Of a stretch of DNA of 64,000 nt, positions 9,731 to 19,948 are shown in pieces. This DNA is from Bacteroidota bacterium (lineage in GTDB: Bacteria; Bacteroidota; Bacteroidia; Chitinophagales; LD1). The position numbers were made by a program, and so were the translations under genes. The notes below the pieces were generated by a model. It made no database searches. It was not told the DNA's origin and was given only the letters and a program-made list of their open reading frames with translations. Each line of letters begins with the position of its first letter. The first letter of the stretch is position 1. The stretch is from positions 1,974 through 65,973 of the forward strand of contig CANHIG010000001.1 of the NCBI GenBank assembly GCA_947461105.1, given 5' to 3'.

Positions 9731-10942
9731 TTAAATGCTTTGAGCTGCAATCCATGCTGTAGTCCAGGCCGCCTGAAAATTAAAACCTCCTGTAATAGCG
9801 TCAATATTCATTACTTCGCCTCCGAAATACAAATTTGGCAAGAGTTTACTTTGCATCGTTTTGAAATCTACTTCTTTCAAATCTACGCCACCGGCAGTGA
9901 CAAATTCATCTTTATTAGTGCTTTTGCCATTTACCTGAAAAATGCATTTTGTAAGCTGATTGGCAAGGGCATCCAATTCCTTATTGTTGCAATCTGCCCA
10001 TATTTTCTGTTCGCTGATTTCCGCAGCTGAGCATAGCGATTGCCATAGGCGAAGCGGAATCTCAAAAAGATTATTCTGGAACGCTATCTTTTTGTGATGT
10101 ATGCTTTTCTGTGTTTTCAATTGATCCAAAACTTCCAAAAACTTTTTTTCTCCGCACCAGTTCACCATTAATTCGAAGCAATGATTTCTTTCATGCAATG
10201 CCCTTGCTCCCCATGCTGAAACTCTGAGAATAGCCGGACCGCTCAGTCCCCAATGTGTTATGAGCACTGGACCTTGCACAGATAGTTTTAAATCAATGAC
10301 AGATACCGTTGCGTTTTTTAAGCTCAATCCCATCAACTCTTTAATTCGGCTGTCTTTAATATTGAATGTGAAAAGCGATGGAACAGGAGCAATGATTTTA
10401 TGCCCTAGCGCAGCAAGTATATCCCACATTTTATGTGCACTGCCCGATGCTATGAACACTGCATCAAAAACTTCTTTTTCTGCTTTGTTAATAACCAAAT
10501 GCCACTGCTCATTTACATGCTTCATTTCATCAACAATGGCAAGTGTGCGAATTCTGATGTGATGCTTTTTCGCTTCGTTCATAAAACAATCAATAATAGT
10601 TTCTGAACTATCAGTGATAGGAAACATCCTGCCATCAGATTCCGTTTTGAGTTTCACAGCACACTTTGCAAACCATTCAATTGTCTGTGTTGGAGTAAAA
10701 GCATGAAAAGGCCCCAGCAATTCCTTTTCACCACGAGGATAATTTTTAGCAAGCAGCTTGGCATCGAAAAAAGCGTGAGTAACATTGCATCTGCCGCCAC
10801 CCGAAATACGCACTTTTCCCAGTAGTTTAGGAGCTTTCTCCAGAATTGTGATTTCGTAATCAGGATTTTTTTCAGCGCAATTGATAGCAAAGAAAAAGCC
10901 CGCAGCTCCTCCGCCAATTACAGCTATTTTCCTTCCTTTCAC
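9731..10942 (-). CDS. NAD(P)/FAD-dependent oxidoreductase, HI0933/YhiN (BaiN-like) family
   Basis: N-terminal dinucleotide fold (IAVIGGGAAGFF) and the family motif ISGGGRCNVTH. The C-terminal FGGEVMNIDAITGGFNFQ is typical of this family. Confidence 0.85.
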   Translation of the reverse strand: MKGRKIAVIGGGAAGFFFAINCAEKNPDYEITILEKAPKLLGKVRISGGGRCNVTHAFFDAKLLAKNYPRGEKELLGPFHAFTPTQTIEWFAKCAVKLKTESDGRMFPITDSSETIIDCFMNEAKKHHIRIRTLAIVDEMKHVNEQWHLVINKAEKEVFDAVFIASGSAHKMWDILAALGHKIIAPVPSLFTFNIKDSRIKELMGLSLKNATVSVIDLKLSVQGPVLITHWGLSGPAILRVSAWGARALHERNHCFELMVNWCGEKKFLEVLDQLKTQKSIHHKKIAFQNNLFEIPLRLWQSLCSAAEISEQKIWADCNNKELDALANQLTKCIFQVNGKSTNKDEFVTAGGVDLKEVDFKTMQSKLLPNLYFGGEVMNIDAITGGFNFQAAWTTAWIAAQSI

Positions 10943-12037
10943 TTATATGAGAAACTTGCCGTTTTGATAAATCATCGTACCATCTGCCCAGATTTCTCCG
11001 CCATTTTTCATATCGGTTATCATATCCCAATGTACTGTACTTTCATTTTTACCACCGCATTGTTTGTAGGATTGTCCAACGGCCATGTGAATAGAACCCC
11101 CAATTTTTTCATCAAATAAAATATTTCTTATAGTGCGTTGAATATTGAAATTAGTACCAACTGCCACTTCGCCAAACATATGCGCACCCTCAATCGCAAA
11201 CACCTTATCCAAAACTTCTTTTCCCTTTTCAGCATCCCATTTCACAATCACTCCGTCTTTCACTTCCAGTCTCACACCCTCCACATCCTTGCCCATATAA
11301 ATACACGGATAGCTGAAATACACTGTGCCGTTCACGGTATCTTCCACAGGCGCAGAAAACACTTCACCGCTCGGCATGTTGGCTCTGCCGTCAGAGTTGA
11401 TCCATGTTCTTCCTTTCACTGAAAATGTAATATCTATGTTTGGTCCTTTGTAGTGAATTTTATCGGCTTTGTTGAGATAGTCCACATAGGTTTGCTGCGT
11501 GTGGCGCACCTCAAGCCATTTTGCTACAGGGTCTTCGTCAAAAAGATAGCAGGACTGATACACAAAATTCTGATAATCTTCGAGCGTCATTTCCGCATCA
11601 GCAGCACCGGCCGCTGTCGGATACTGACACAAACTTCTGCGCATACTGTCATTCCCAATTCGTTCAAAATATAGTCTGTTTAGCTCCGCCTGCGACTTTT
11701 GATAGAGGTTATATTTCTCCTGATTCAGCGGCTCTTTATCATCATCGCCTCTGTCGAAAGGTGCGCGAATATTCAGGTATGCATCAAAATTTTCGAAGGC
11801 ATATTTTTTAAACGGATTCACTTCTTTCAGCTGATGTTCTTCAGCTACTTCCAGCATCATTTCATTCAAACCGTTCAGTTCAATATTGAAATAAGGATGT
11901 CCGCCAGCTTTATAAACTTCCTTAGCTACTTCTATCAGTAGCGGCTCTGCCAGATAGGATGCATTGATATAAATTCTCTCGTTGGGTTTTACTGCCAGAC
12001 AGTAATTCACCAGAAGTTTCGCGTATTTGTTATTCAT
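10943..12037 (-). CDS. Aminopeptidase, M29 (AmpS/PepS-like) family
   Basis: 364 aa. The length and segments such as GEVAVGTNF...ILFDEKIGGSIHMAVG match my memory of M29 aminopeptidases. It abuts the upstream gene with no gap. Confidence 0.75.
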   Translation of the reverse strand: MNNKYAKLLVNYCLAVKPNERIYINASYLAEPLLIEVAKEVYKAGGHPYFNIELNGLNEMMLEVAEEHQLKEVNPFKKYAFENFDAYLNIRAPFDRGDDDKEPLNQEKYNLYQKSQAELNRLYFERIGNDSMRRSLCQYPTAAGAADAEMTLEDYQNFVYQSCYLFDEDPVAKWLEVRHTQQTYVDYLNKADKIHYKGPNIDITFSVKGRTWINSDGRANMPSGEVFSAPVEDTVNGTVYFSYPCIYMGKDVEGVRLEVKDGVIVKWDAEKGKEVLDKVFAIEGAHMFGEVAVGTNFNIQRTIRNILFDEKIGGSIHMAVGQSYKQCGGKNESTVHWDMITDMKNGGEIWADGTMIYQNGKFLI

Positions 12038-12217
12038 AGTTTCACAAAATGGAGAGCAATATAAAATTTTTGATTTGTATAGCAGGAGTGTATGATTTTA
12101 ATCTTCCTGAAGATTGAGTATTTGACTTTAGATTGCGGTTTACCACAATTAGTGGGTACAATAAGACAGGTATCCGATAATTTTACATTTACTTTGAACA
12201 AAAGACAAATAAATACC

Positions 12218-12943
12218 ATGTACGCACAAGAATTTCAAGCTATTGTAGAGAGAAGACGTTCAAACAGAAAATTCGACCCTAATATTCAGGTTCCTGATGA
12301 GGTTATCAAACGTAGCATAGAGCTTGCTATTCTCTCACCCAATAGTAGCAATATGCAATTGTGGGAATTTTACATTGTAAAATCAGAATCGAAAAAGAAG
12401 AAGTTTGTTTCATATTGTTTAAACCAATCGGCTGCCAAAACAGCCCAGCAGTTTATAGTGTTTGTTACCCGTCAGGATTTATGGCCAAAGCGTGCCAAAT
12501 GGAACTTGGAACGTATTAAAGAAAGTATGGAGGGTGAGCCCAAAAACACCATGCAAAAGAGAGGTTTAGACTATTATGGAAAATTGATGCCCTTTGTCTA
12601 TTTTAATGATTGGCTGGGAATTACAGGCTGCCTGAGATGGCTTTTAACTTTAGTTGTAGGCTTATTCAGACCTATGATGCGTTTTGGTGGCAAAGCGGAT
12701 CAGCGTGTGGTAGTCCATAAATCATGTGGACTGGCAGCACAAACTTTCATGCTTTCAATTGCTGCTGAAAACTATGACAGCTGCCCTATGGAAGGCTTTG
12801 ATGAGCCGCGTGTAAAAAGGGAATTAAATCTGCCTTTGCATGCAGAAGTCAATATGATCATAGCTGTAGGCAAAGGTTTGGAACAGGGAATTTGGGGTGG
12901 TCGCCAACGCGTACCATACAACGAAGTGGTGTTCGAGTGCTGA
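12218..12943 (+). CDS. Nitroreductase-family protein
   Basis: Starts at M43 of the track ORF. The sequence MYAQEFQAIVERRRSNRKFD contains the typical nitroreductase RRS-R-F motif, and SPNSSNMQLWEF follows. Confidence 0.75.
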   Translation: MYAQEFQAIVERRRSNRKFDPNIQVPDEVIKRSIELAILSPNSSNMQLWEFYIVKSESKKKKFVSYCLNQSAAKTAQQFIVFVTRQDLWPKRAKWNLERIKESMEGEPKNTMQKRGLDYYGKLMPFVYFNDWLGITGCLRWLLTLVVGLFRPMMRFGGKADQRVVVHKSCGLAAQTFMLSIAAENYDSCPMEGFDEPRVKRELNLPLHAEVNMIIAVGKGLEQGIWGGRQRVPYNEVVFEC

Positions 12944-12995
12944 TTAACAGGCTTTATATCAATCGTCCGCATATCTCGAGTAAATGCAAAACCCT

Positions 12996-13358
12996 TTACT
13001 TCAACAAAGTAAACACCAATGCCAAAATAGCCGGCACAGCCTGAACTATAAATATCTTTTTTGATGCTGTGAGCGCGCCATATACTCCGGCTAAAATCAC
13101 ACAACTCAGAAAAAATACGGCAATGTTAGTTGCCCATAAATTGTCAGTAATAAAGAATGTCCAAATTAAACCTGCGGCTAAAAAGCCGTTATATAGTCCT
13201 TGATTGGCTGCAAGCGGTTTAGTTGGTGTAAATAAATCAGCTGGAAAATTCCTGAAAGTCTTTTTACCTAAAGTCTCCCAGGCAAACATTTCCATGTATA
13301 AAATATAAAGGTGCTCTATGGCTACCAATGCTGTCAATATTTTTGCAATTAATTCCAT
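12996..13358 (-). CDS. DUF1304-family small membrane protein
   Basis: 120 aa with four hydrophobic helices. The sequence HLYILYMEMFAWE...ANQGLYNGFLA matches my memory of DUF1304. Confidence 0.7.
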   Translation of the reverse strand: MELIAKILTALVAIEHLYILYMEMFAWETLGKKTFRNFPADLFTPTKPLAANQGLYNGFLAAGLIWTFFITDNLWATNIAVFFLSCVILAGVYGALTASKKIFIVQAVPAILALVFTLLK

Positions 13359-13509
13359 GAGTTTGGTTTTTGATTATACCCGTTTTATAGCTCTCCCATC
13401 GAAGTTATGAAAATTAAATTTTAAGCTGATAGCGCCCATCATAATCTGAACTTTCACCTCCATCAAAATAATTTTCATTGCTACAGCGTTTTACTTCAAA
13501 ACACAGGAT

Positions 13510-14361
13510 ATGAAAAAAATACTGCCATTACTGATTTTGCTTTCGGCTGAAATAAGTTTTGCCGCAAACCTCACCCTATACGAGGCACTGAAATCTTCAA
13601 ATATTTCGCATATCATTCACGGCAATTCGGCAAGTACACATTATTTAGAGCCGATAGTTCTAGAACTCACAAATAAGAGCAGTGAGCCGTATCGAATTTC
13701 GGTGGAAACAGGCGATATGTTTATTCCCGATAATACTGCACTTCAAAACATTGTAATTACGGCAACTGATTTTCTCAGCCTGAAACCTAACAGCACCCAG
13801 AAATTCAAACTGAAAGGTATGTGCACCGAATCGCATGATGGCAGCGGAAACGATAAGACAGCTTACACTTTTCAGTCTTCACAAAATCCGAAACTCAAAC
13901 AACTTTGCGATTTTATCAGCACCAAAAAATACCAAACAGCGGCTGCGCAAAATGCAGTATGGACGCTGATGAATAATGATGACTTGAACAACATTTATGC
14001 AGCGGATACTTTAGAGGAAAATAATTTGATTCGATTCATGGCTGCTCTTGTTGGCAAAAAAATTCCCGCCAAAAATCCGAATGACTACAGAAACAATTAT
14101 CATGCAACGACTCCGGTGCAATCCGTTTCAGGCGAACTCAACTATAGTTTTTCTCGAACTCAGGACATTCAGATTGCCATGTTTAATTCGCGAGGTGTTT
14201 TAGTACGCGAACTGGTGAATAAAAAGAAAGTGACTCCGGGGCGCTATACTCAAACCTATCAATTTGATTCCAGCGTTTATCCTGAAGATGTTTACCAAAT
14301 AAAACTAATCATGAACAACGAAATTGCATTGAGCCAAAAATGGGATAAGACGGATTGGTAG
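13510..14361 (+). CDS. Secreted hypothetical protein, possibly with a weak T9SS-like C-terminal beta-sandwich
   Basis: Signal peptide MKKILPLLILLSAEISFA. The last ~80 aa (LNYSFSRTQDIQIAMFNSRGVLVRELV...YQIKLIMNNE) resemble a sorting or FlgD-Ig-like domain. I recognised no family. Confidence 0.55.
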   Translation: MKKILPLLILLSAEISFAANLTLYEALKSSNISHIIHGNSASTHYLEPIVLELTNKSSEPYRISVETGDMFIPDNTALQNIVITATDFLSLKPNSTQKFKLKGMCTESHDGSGNDKTAYTFQSSQNPKLKQLCDFISTKKYQTAAAQNAVWTLMNNDDLNNIYAADTLEENNLIRFMAALVGKKIPAKNPNDYRNNYHATTPVQSVSGELNYSFSRTQDIQIAMFNSRGVLVRELVNKKKVTPGRYTQTYQFDSSVYPEDVYQIKLIMNNEIALSQKWDKTDW

Positions 14362-14405
14362 TATTCCAAATACCGAAAATGAATACCTTATTTGCGCATT
14401 CTTTT

Positions 14406-17400
14406 CTATCGCAATAATGAAATACTAAATTGTTTATTTACTGCTTCATTACTCAAACTGGTTGCCGTGAAATAGCAAACATAAATGTCTGAAGGCTGAG
14501 GTATAGCCTTGAACCTGCCATCCCAACCAATTGTATTATCATTAGACTCAAAAACTTTTTCGCCCCAGCGATTATATATTCTCATTTGGAAATCCTTAAT
14601 CTGATTGGTGAAAATGATTTTGTAAACGTCATTCTTCAAATCACCATTTGGTGAGAATGCTGATGGTGCTGCAAAAACTAGTTTATCATTAATGGTATTG
14701 ATTTTTGTGCTTGCAGAAATGCTACAACCGCTGTTGTAATTTACCTTTAAAGTATATATGGCGGAATCATTACCTGAGAAAATGGGGTTTGGACAATTAG
14801 TACAACTCAAACCCAAAGCAGGTGTCCATTCATACGAATTAATGGCAGAACCAGGATATGGACCAAAAATAGAATTAAGCTGAATCGTATTGCCAGCATA
14901 AGCAGTAGTGTCAGCAGGTAAAATATCTAATGTTGCAGCAGCAGGATGAACCAGATTATAAGCATCTACAGCCGTGCAGCCGCCTGCATCTGTTACTGTA
15001 ACATCATAAGTGCCATCACAGAGACCAGTATTGATTGATGATACATTGCCATTACCCCAAACATAAGTATATGGTTGATTAGTTCCAGATACATTAGCTG
15101 TCACTATTCCGTCACAGTTATTGAAACAGGTAATAGGTTGTGTATTGCTAATTTGTACATTAAGCGTTGTTGCTTCAGTAACAGATGCTGAAGCCGTTGC
15201 AGAGCAACCATTCGCATCTATTGCTGTTACGACATATATTCCGGCAGCAATAGCAGTAGTTGTGTTTGTATTATTTCCGCCACCCCAATCAAAAGTCACG
15301 TTTGGATCGGTAGAGTTCGCAACAATATTGATTGTAGAATTATTACATGTTATTACTGCACTTTGTGGCGTAACTGAAATATTTGGAGGTGTTATATTGC
15401 TAGTAACGAAAGCAGTGACAGTGGCAGTACAAGAATTGGAAGGATCGGTAACCGTAACCGTGTAACTTCCGGCTGCGGTTGCATTGAATGAATTAGTGTT
15501 ATTTCCACCACCCCAGCTGTAAGTGACCCCGGAAGTAGAAGAACTTGCAATGATATTGACTGTAGGAATCGCACAAGTTAATGCTGTATTTATAGGGGCT
15601 ACAGTGGCGTTAGGAGCGTTTGTGTTCTGAGTAATATTCACAGAAGCAGATGCAGTACATGAATTTAGAGGATCTGTCACAGTAACAGAGTATGTCCCCG
15701 AACTGTTTGCTGTATTACTAGATGAAGTATTTCCTCCGCCCCAATTGAAAGTAGCACCTGCTGTAGATGATGAAGCAGTAAGCCCAATACTTGTAATGCT
15801 ACATGAAATTTGTCCGCTGGATGGTGAAATGCTAACAATAGGAGTAGATGCATTTGAAGAAACTTTAGCAGAATCTATTGCAGTACATAATGAAACTAAA
15901 TCTGTAATGGTTACATAATAAGTTCCGGACTGTGTAGCATTCAAAGTACTATTTGTGCTGCCATCTGACCAAAGAAATCCGGGATTTGCACTGGAAGAAG
16001 ATGCGGAAAGTAAAACTCCGGGATTCGTACAAGAAAGCGTACTGTTTTGGGGAGTAATAGAAGCAGTTGGCGGACTGCCGATTGTCACTGCCAGATTACC
16101 CGGGGCAGAGATACAATTACCCTGAGACACTGAAAGCGTTATATTTTTAGTGCCGGTCGATGGCCAGGTTACATTATAAGGTCCTGCCCCAAAACCATTA
16201 AGAACATTACCTGCATCAAAACTCCAATTATAAACAACTCCATTAGGATACGATCCTGAAATACCAATTTGGATTGGTGTGTTGCCACATGCCGGATTTG
16301 GATTTGCAGTAATTTGAGGAGCTGCAACATTTACAACATTTACTCTAAATGTATCTGTAACAGAGCATTGGTATCTGTCTTTTACAACTACACCATAAGA
16401 AGTTGATGTAGTAGGGCTAAATGATTGAGGATTTGCGGTAGCGCCCCCAGGTGACCAGCTATAGGTATAAGCAGGTGAACCAAATCTTGTAAACGCATTT
16501 ACATTAACTGATTGCCCACTACAAATAGTAGTATCTCTCGGATAGGCAGCATTTACATTGCCGCCTTGTCTTAAGTCCATAACAGGACAAAGATTAAGTT
16601 TGATAACAGAATTATATGAAGCTGGAGCCAGACAAACACCAGTAGGTTGTAAATACACATCATTCCATTTACCATTACTCATTTGTAAAATTGCTCCATC
16701 TTCACCTATAGTGGATCCTGCGCAATTTGAATTATTGGGTTCGCCTGGATTCCAATTAGTAAAATTAGATGTGTTGCCATCTTCCCATACCCATGTACCC
16801 TCAATGGCTCTATCTGTATATCCAATCCAAAAACCTCCTGATGCATAACCTGCTGCATTACTAGCTGCGAGAACGGCCGCATTCTCAGTTGCGCTGGTTA
16901 TACTTGCAAGGTTCGCACCCACCGCAGCAGCCTGATTTTGAGCAGTCTGCCATCTATTGGTAGCTGTAGTATTTACAAAATATTTGTTACAAGGGAAACC
17001 TGTAACATTAAGCGCTACCCATCCCTGAGCTCCTAATGCCGCATTGATAGCTGTAAAATCGCAGCCCGGAGGTGTAGGGCAATTTGTTGTAGTTAATGTT
17101 ACAGTAGCAGTAGCCGAACATCCATATCTATCTGTAGAAACTACAGAATAAAGATTATTCCCTAATACAGGCGCCTGAACACTTATAGCTGCTCCATTTC
17201 CAATTACTGTAGGACTTGGTGGAAAGGTCCATTGGTAAGAATAATTTGGAGAACCCAAAATAGTGGTTGCACTCAATGGAGCAGAGGCACCAAAACATAC
17301 ACTCGGAGCAGTTGCAGATACTTGAGGGCAAAGGTTAATCTTGAGTAATGATTTCCCTTGTGGTCCAAAGGAGCCTCCAAAAGGTGTAGTCTGCAAATCA

Positions 17401-17864
17401 TTCCATTTGCCACTACCCAATAATAATTGTGCTCCATCTTCTGGGATTCCAGGATACCCTGAACTATTGTTTGGTTCTCCCGGTGACCAGTTAGTATAGG
17501 TTACCGGTGTGCCGTCATTCCATTGCCATGATCCACTTTTATTATTCAGTCCTATCCATATAGTACCTGAGGTAAAACCGGCATTGTTTAAAGCGGTTAG
17601 TATTGCGGCATTCTCAGCAGCATCATTGATAGAAGCCAAATCTGCTCCAACTTGCTGAGCTTTTGTTCTGGAATCGTTCCAAAATCTGTTGGTATTGTCC
17701 ACAAAATATAACGCACATGGTTGTCCTGCAACTACCACTTCCGTATAACCAGCTCCTGTTAATGCACTTCTTATTGCAGTTAGGTTACAAGATGGAGATT
17801 GAGCTATAGATTCATTTAAGGCAAAAAATAATAGAGATAAAACAGTAAAAATTAATTTTCTCAT
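14406..17864 (-). CDS. Large adhesin-like protein: two canonical C-type lectin domains, Ig-like/SprB repeats, type-B T9SS (gliding-motility) C-terminal domain
   Basis: Has a signal peptide. Both CTLDs carry WIG, EPN and WND motifs (WIGLNN...WSPGEPNN...GKWNDL and WIGYTD...WNPGEPNN...GKWNDV). About five ~80-aa Cys-containing repeats follow (LSCTNPGV...GTYYVTITD...C). One SprB-type repeat is present (CFNNCDGI...PYTYVWGNG...CDGTYDVTVTDAGGC). The C-terminus reads FSPNGDLKNDVY...IYNRWGEKVF...GWDG. Confidence 0.8.
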   Translation of the reverse strand: MRKLIFTVLSLLFFALNESIAQSPSCNLTAIRSALTGAGYTEVVVAGQPCALYFVDNTNRFWNDSRTKAQQVGADLASINDAAENAAILTALNNAGFTSGTIWIGLNNKSGSWQWNDGTPVTYTNWSPGEPNNSSGYPGIPEDGAQLLLGSGKWNDLQTTPFGGSFGPQGKSLLKINLCPQVSATAPSVCFGASAPLSATTILGSPNYSYQWTFPPSPTVIGNGAAISVQAPVLGNNLYSVVSTDRYGCSATATVTLTTTNCPTPPGCDFTAINAALGAQGWVALNVTGFPCNKYFVNTTATNRWQTAQNQAAAVGANLASITSATENAAVLAASNAAGYASGGFWIGYTDRAIEGTWVWEDGNTSNFTNWNPGEPNNSNCAGSTIGEDGAILQMSNGKWNDVYLQPTGVCLAPASYNSVIKLNLCPVMDLRQGGNVNAAYPRDTTICSGQSVNVNAFTRFGSPAYTYSWSPGGATANPQSFSPTTSTSYGVVVKDRYQCSVTDTFRVNVVNVAAPQITANPNPACGNTPIQIGISGSYPNGVVYNWSFDAGNVLNGFGAGPYNVTWPSTGTKNITLSVSQGNCISAPGNLAVTIGSPPTASITPQNSTLSCTNPGVLLSASSSSANPGFLWSDGSTNSTLNATQSGTYYVTITDLVSLCTAIDSAKVSSNASTPIVSISPSSGQISCSITSIGLTASSSTAGATFNWGGGNTSSSNTANSSGTYSVTVTDPLNSCTASASVNITQNTNAPNATVAPINTALTCAIPTVNIIASSSTSGVTYSWGGGNNTNSFNATAAGSYTVTVTDPSNSCTATVTAFVTSNITPPNISVTPQSAVITCNNSTINIVANSTDPNVTFDWGGGNNTNTTTAIAAGIYVVTAIDANGCSATASASVTEATTLNVQISNTQPITCFNNCDGIVTANVSGTNQPYTYVWGNGNVSSINTGLCDGTYDVTVTDAGGCTAVDAYNLVHPAAATLDILPADTTAYAGNTIQLNSIFGPYPGSAINSYEWTPALGLSCTNCPNPIFSGNDSAIYTLKVNYNSGCSISASTKINTINDKLVFAAPSAFSPNGDLKNDVYKIIFTNQIKDFQMRIYNRWGEKVFESNDNTIGWDGRFKAIPQPSDIYVCYFTATSLSNEAVNKQFSISLLR

Positions 17865-17992
17865 TGTTAAGATTTTGGTAACTATGAATGTAATTTAATA
17901 CCCCAAAAAGAGTAATCTATTCTTCATTAAAATTACATAATCTGAGAAAATTGCTATGGGATTAGGAACCTAAAAATGACAGCAAAATGTAC

Positions 17993-18790
17993 TTATTTTT
18001 TGCCATCAGTTAATCCCGGATCCCAATCTATAATCGCTGTTTTGGAAGCTAGTGGCTTTGCAGTGCCGGTATTAAATGTTCTCCTCCAAAGCACTTCAAG
18101 ATTTGCAAATTGAGCATCTCCATTAGACACAGATATATTTGCCCACTCTAATCTAAATGCATCACTTTGTCCCTTTTCCAAAATTATTGGTTTTGGCTTT
18201 CTTTTCATATTGGCAAATTCTGCACCGTTTGGAAATTTAAGAGCAGCTTCACCGGGTTGAATCACAGCTATATCGTTGCCCTGATAAACAACAGAGAATT
18301 TAACACCCACAAAATCAGTTTTTTTGTCATTAGCCAGATGAGTAATTTTAAAGTCGCCTGTTTCAAAATAGTTTTGTGCCGCAGGCAGTTTAAAAGGTGG
18401 CGCATCGAAAAACTTCTTGACTGTTACTTTGTAAAACCCATCAAGTTTCACCTGATAACTTGGTACACGAAATTGAGAACCTTTTACATCTATCAATTTT
18501 GATGCCTCATCAAATGGTCCAACAAACATGTTTTTTTCAGAAGCCTTGTATTTTACTCCGTTTACAACCAGCACTATATTGTTGGGTTTAACCATTATAA
18601 TATCTGCTGATTTATTTTTGATACGCATTTTGAATTTAGTATAGCTATCAACAGCATCGCCTATAGTGACTTCTACATCACCAAGTTCAACTGTAATGCT
18701 TTTGAAAAACACTCTTTTGTACTTGGCCGGATCTTAGACAAATGAGGTACTCGCCACAAATACTAACAGTATTAAAATTGCTTTTCCCAT
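17993..18790 (-). pseudogene. Secreted two-domain protein of unknown function, interrupted by an in-frame TAA between the signal peptide and the body
   Basis: The ATG at 18790 encodes MGKAILILLVFVASTSFV. A TAA follows at 18736-18734. Then DPAKYKR runs in the same frame into the 239-aa track ORF, which has a GTG start at 18712. The alternative reading is that only 17993..18712 is expressed, without a signal peptide. Confidence 0.45.
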
Positions 18791-18838
18791 GTTTTGGGTT
18801 TTATGCCTTAATATAGGGAATTAATTTGCCTCCAGAAA

Positions 18839-19948
18839 TCATTGATATGCTTCCATAATTTTTTTTGAAAAAGTTTCATTCGAAAATATTTCACTTCTGG
18901 TTTTTAGCAAAGCTGTTTCCTGAGATTTATAATGGATCAGGTGAAGCATCTTCTCTGCAAACGAATTAAGATTGTCTAAATCAAAATAGTCAATAGCATC
19001 GCCACCTAACTCACGAAAGCATTCCACATCACTAGCCAACACTCTCGTCCCTGAAGTCATTGCCTCCAATATCGGAATGCCGAAACCTTCAAACTGCGAA
19101 GGATATACAAATAAATCTGCCAAACGATATATTGCAGCCAGTTCAGCCAAAGGCAGGTTTGAAAGTATCTTTATTCGTGAAGCAATATTTTTCTCTGCAA
19201 TATAATTTTCAATTGTCTTGCGCTCCATTTCATATCCACCCACCAAAACAAGATTATGGGGAACTTTTGCCATAATCTGCTCAAAGGCTTTTACTAAAAG
19301 CAAATGATTCTTTCGCGGATAAAATGAAGAAACATTTAAAATAAAATATTCATTCAATACATGCTTTAAACGGACAGTCTCCATATCTTCATTCGTGATA
19401 TTGCTTGAAAAAATGTTATCACAGCTTTGATACACTACCTCAATTTTTCGCTCATCGGCACCGATTAACTTTATTAAATCGCTTTTGGTTTGCCCACTGA
19501 TCGCAATTATCTTATCCGCAACTTTACAGGCATATCGTATTTTAGTTTCATAAATTAAACGGTCTGCAAGCGGATATTGCTTTTTCTCTTTCAGGAAAAT
19601 CAAATCATGTATGGTTACTACTTTTTTTACTCCTCTATGCTTGTCTATACCAAATGGCAACTCGTTTGACAGACCATGATAAAGATCCAGCCTGAGTGCA
19701 GCGATATCTTTTATTACATTGCGTGTTCGCCAATAAGATGGAATTAATTTATCTATTCCTCTTTCAGGCAACTCAATCTTATACTCACCATCAATTTGCT
19801 CCAGCAAATACTCTTTGATTTTAGGCGTAAAAAGATGATAGTCGTTTTCAGGAAAGTTACGCAACAACCCATTAATCAGATTTCGGGAATAAACACCCAA
19901 GCCTGTATCATTCATCAACGCTCGCTTTGCATCAAATCCGATTTTCAT
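18839..19948 (-). CDS. Glycosyltransferase family 4 (GT-B, group 1)
   Basis: The C-terminal sequence PSQFEGFGIPILEAMTSGTRVLAS contains the E-x7-E motif. It overlaps the upstream GT2 gene by 4 nt. Confidence 0.85.
   Translation of the reverse strand: MKIGFDAKRALMNDTGLGVYSRNLINGLLRNFPENDYHLFTPKIKEYLLEQIDGEYKIELPERGIDKLIPSYWRTRNVIKDIAALRLDLYHGLSNELPFGIDKHRGVKKVVTIHDLIFLKEKKQYPLADRLIYETKIRYACKVADKIIAISGQTKSDLIKLIGADERKIEVVYQSCDNIFSSNITNEDMETVRLKHVLNEYFILNVSSFYPRKNHLLLVKAFEQIMAKVPHNLVLVGGYEMERKTIENYIAEKNIASRIKILSNLPLAELAAIYRLADLFVYPSQFEGFGIPILEAMTSGTRVLASDVECFRELGGDAIDYFDLDNLNSFAEKMLHLIHYKSQETALLKTRSEIFSNETFSKKIMEAYQ

Noticed and set aside
12092-12217. N-terminal extension of the nitroreductase ORF; similar extensions occur at 34287-34424 (TauE), 28783-28860 and 39390-39440
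   Set aside because: The extensions overlap divergent neighbouring genes or promoter regions and lack family-like sequence. Internal ATGs give the expected signal peptides or N-termini.
14406-17864. A diversity-generating retroelement (DGR) targeting the C-type lectin gene
   Set aside because: DGR targets use a C-terminal CLec-fold variable region plus a nearby template repeat and reverse transcriptase. Here the lectin domains are N-terminal canonical CTLDs, and I saw no RT gene or template-like repeat in the window.
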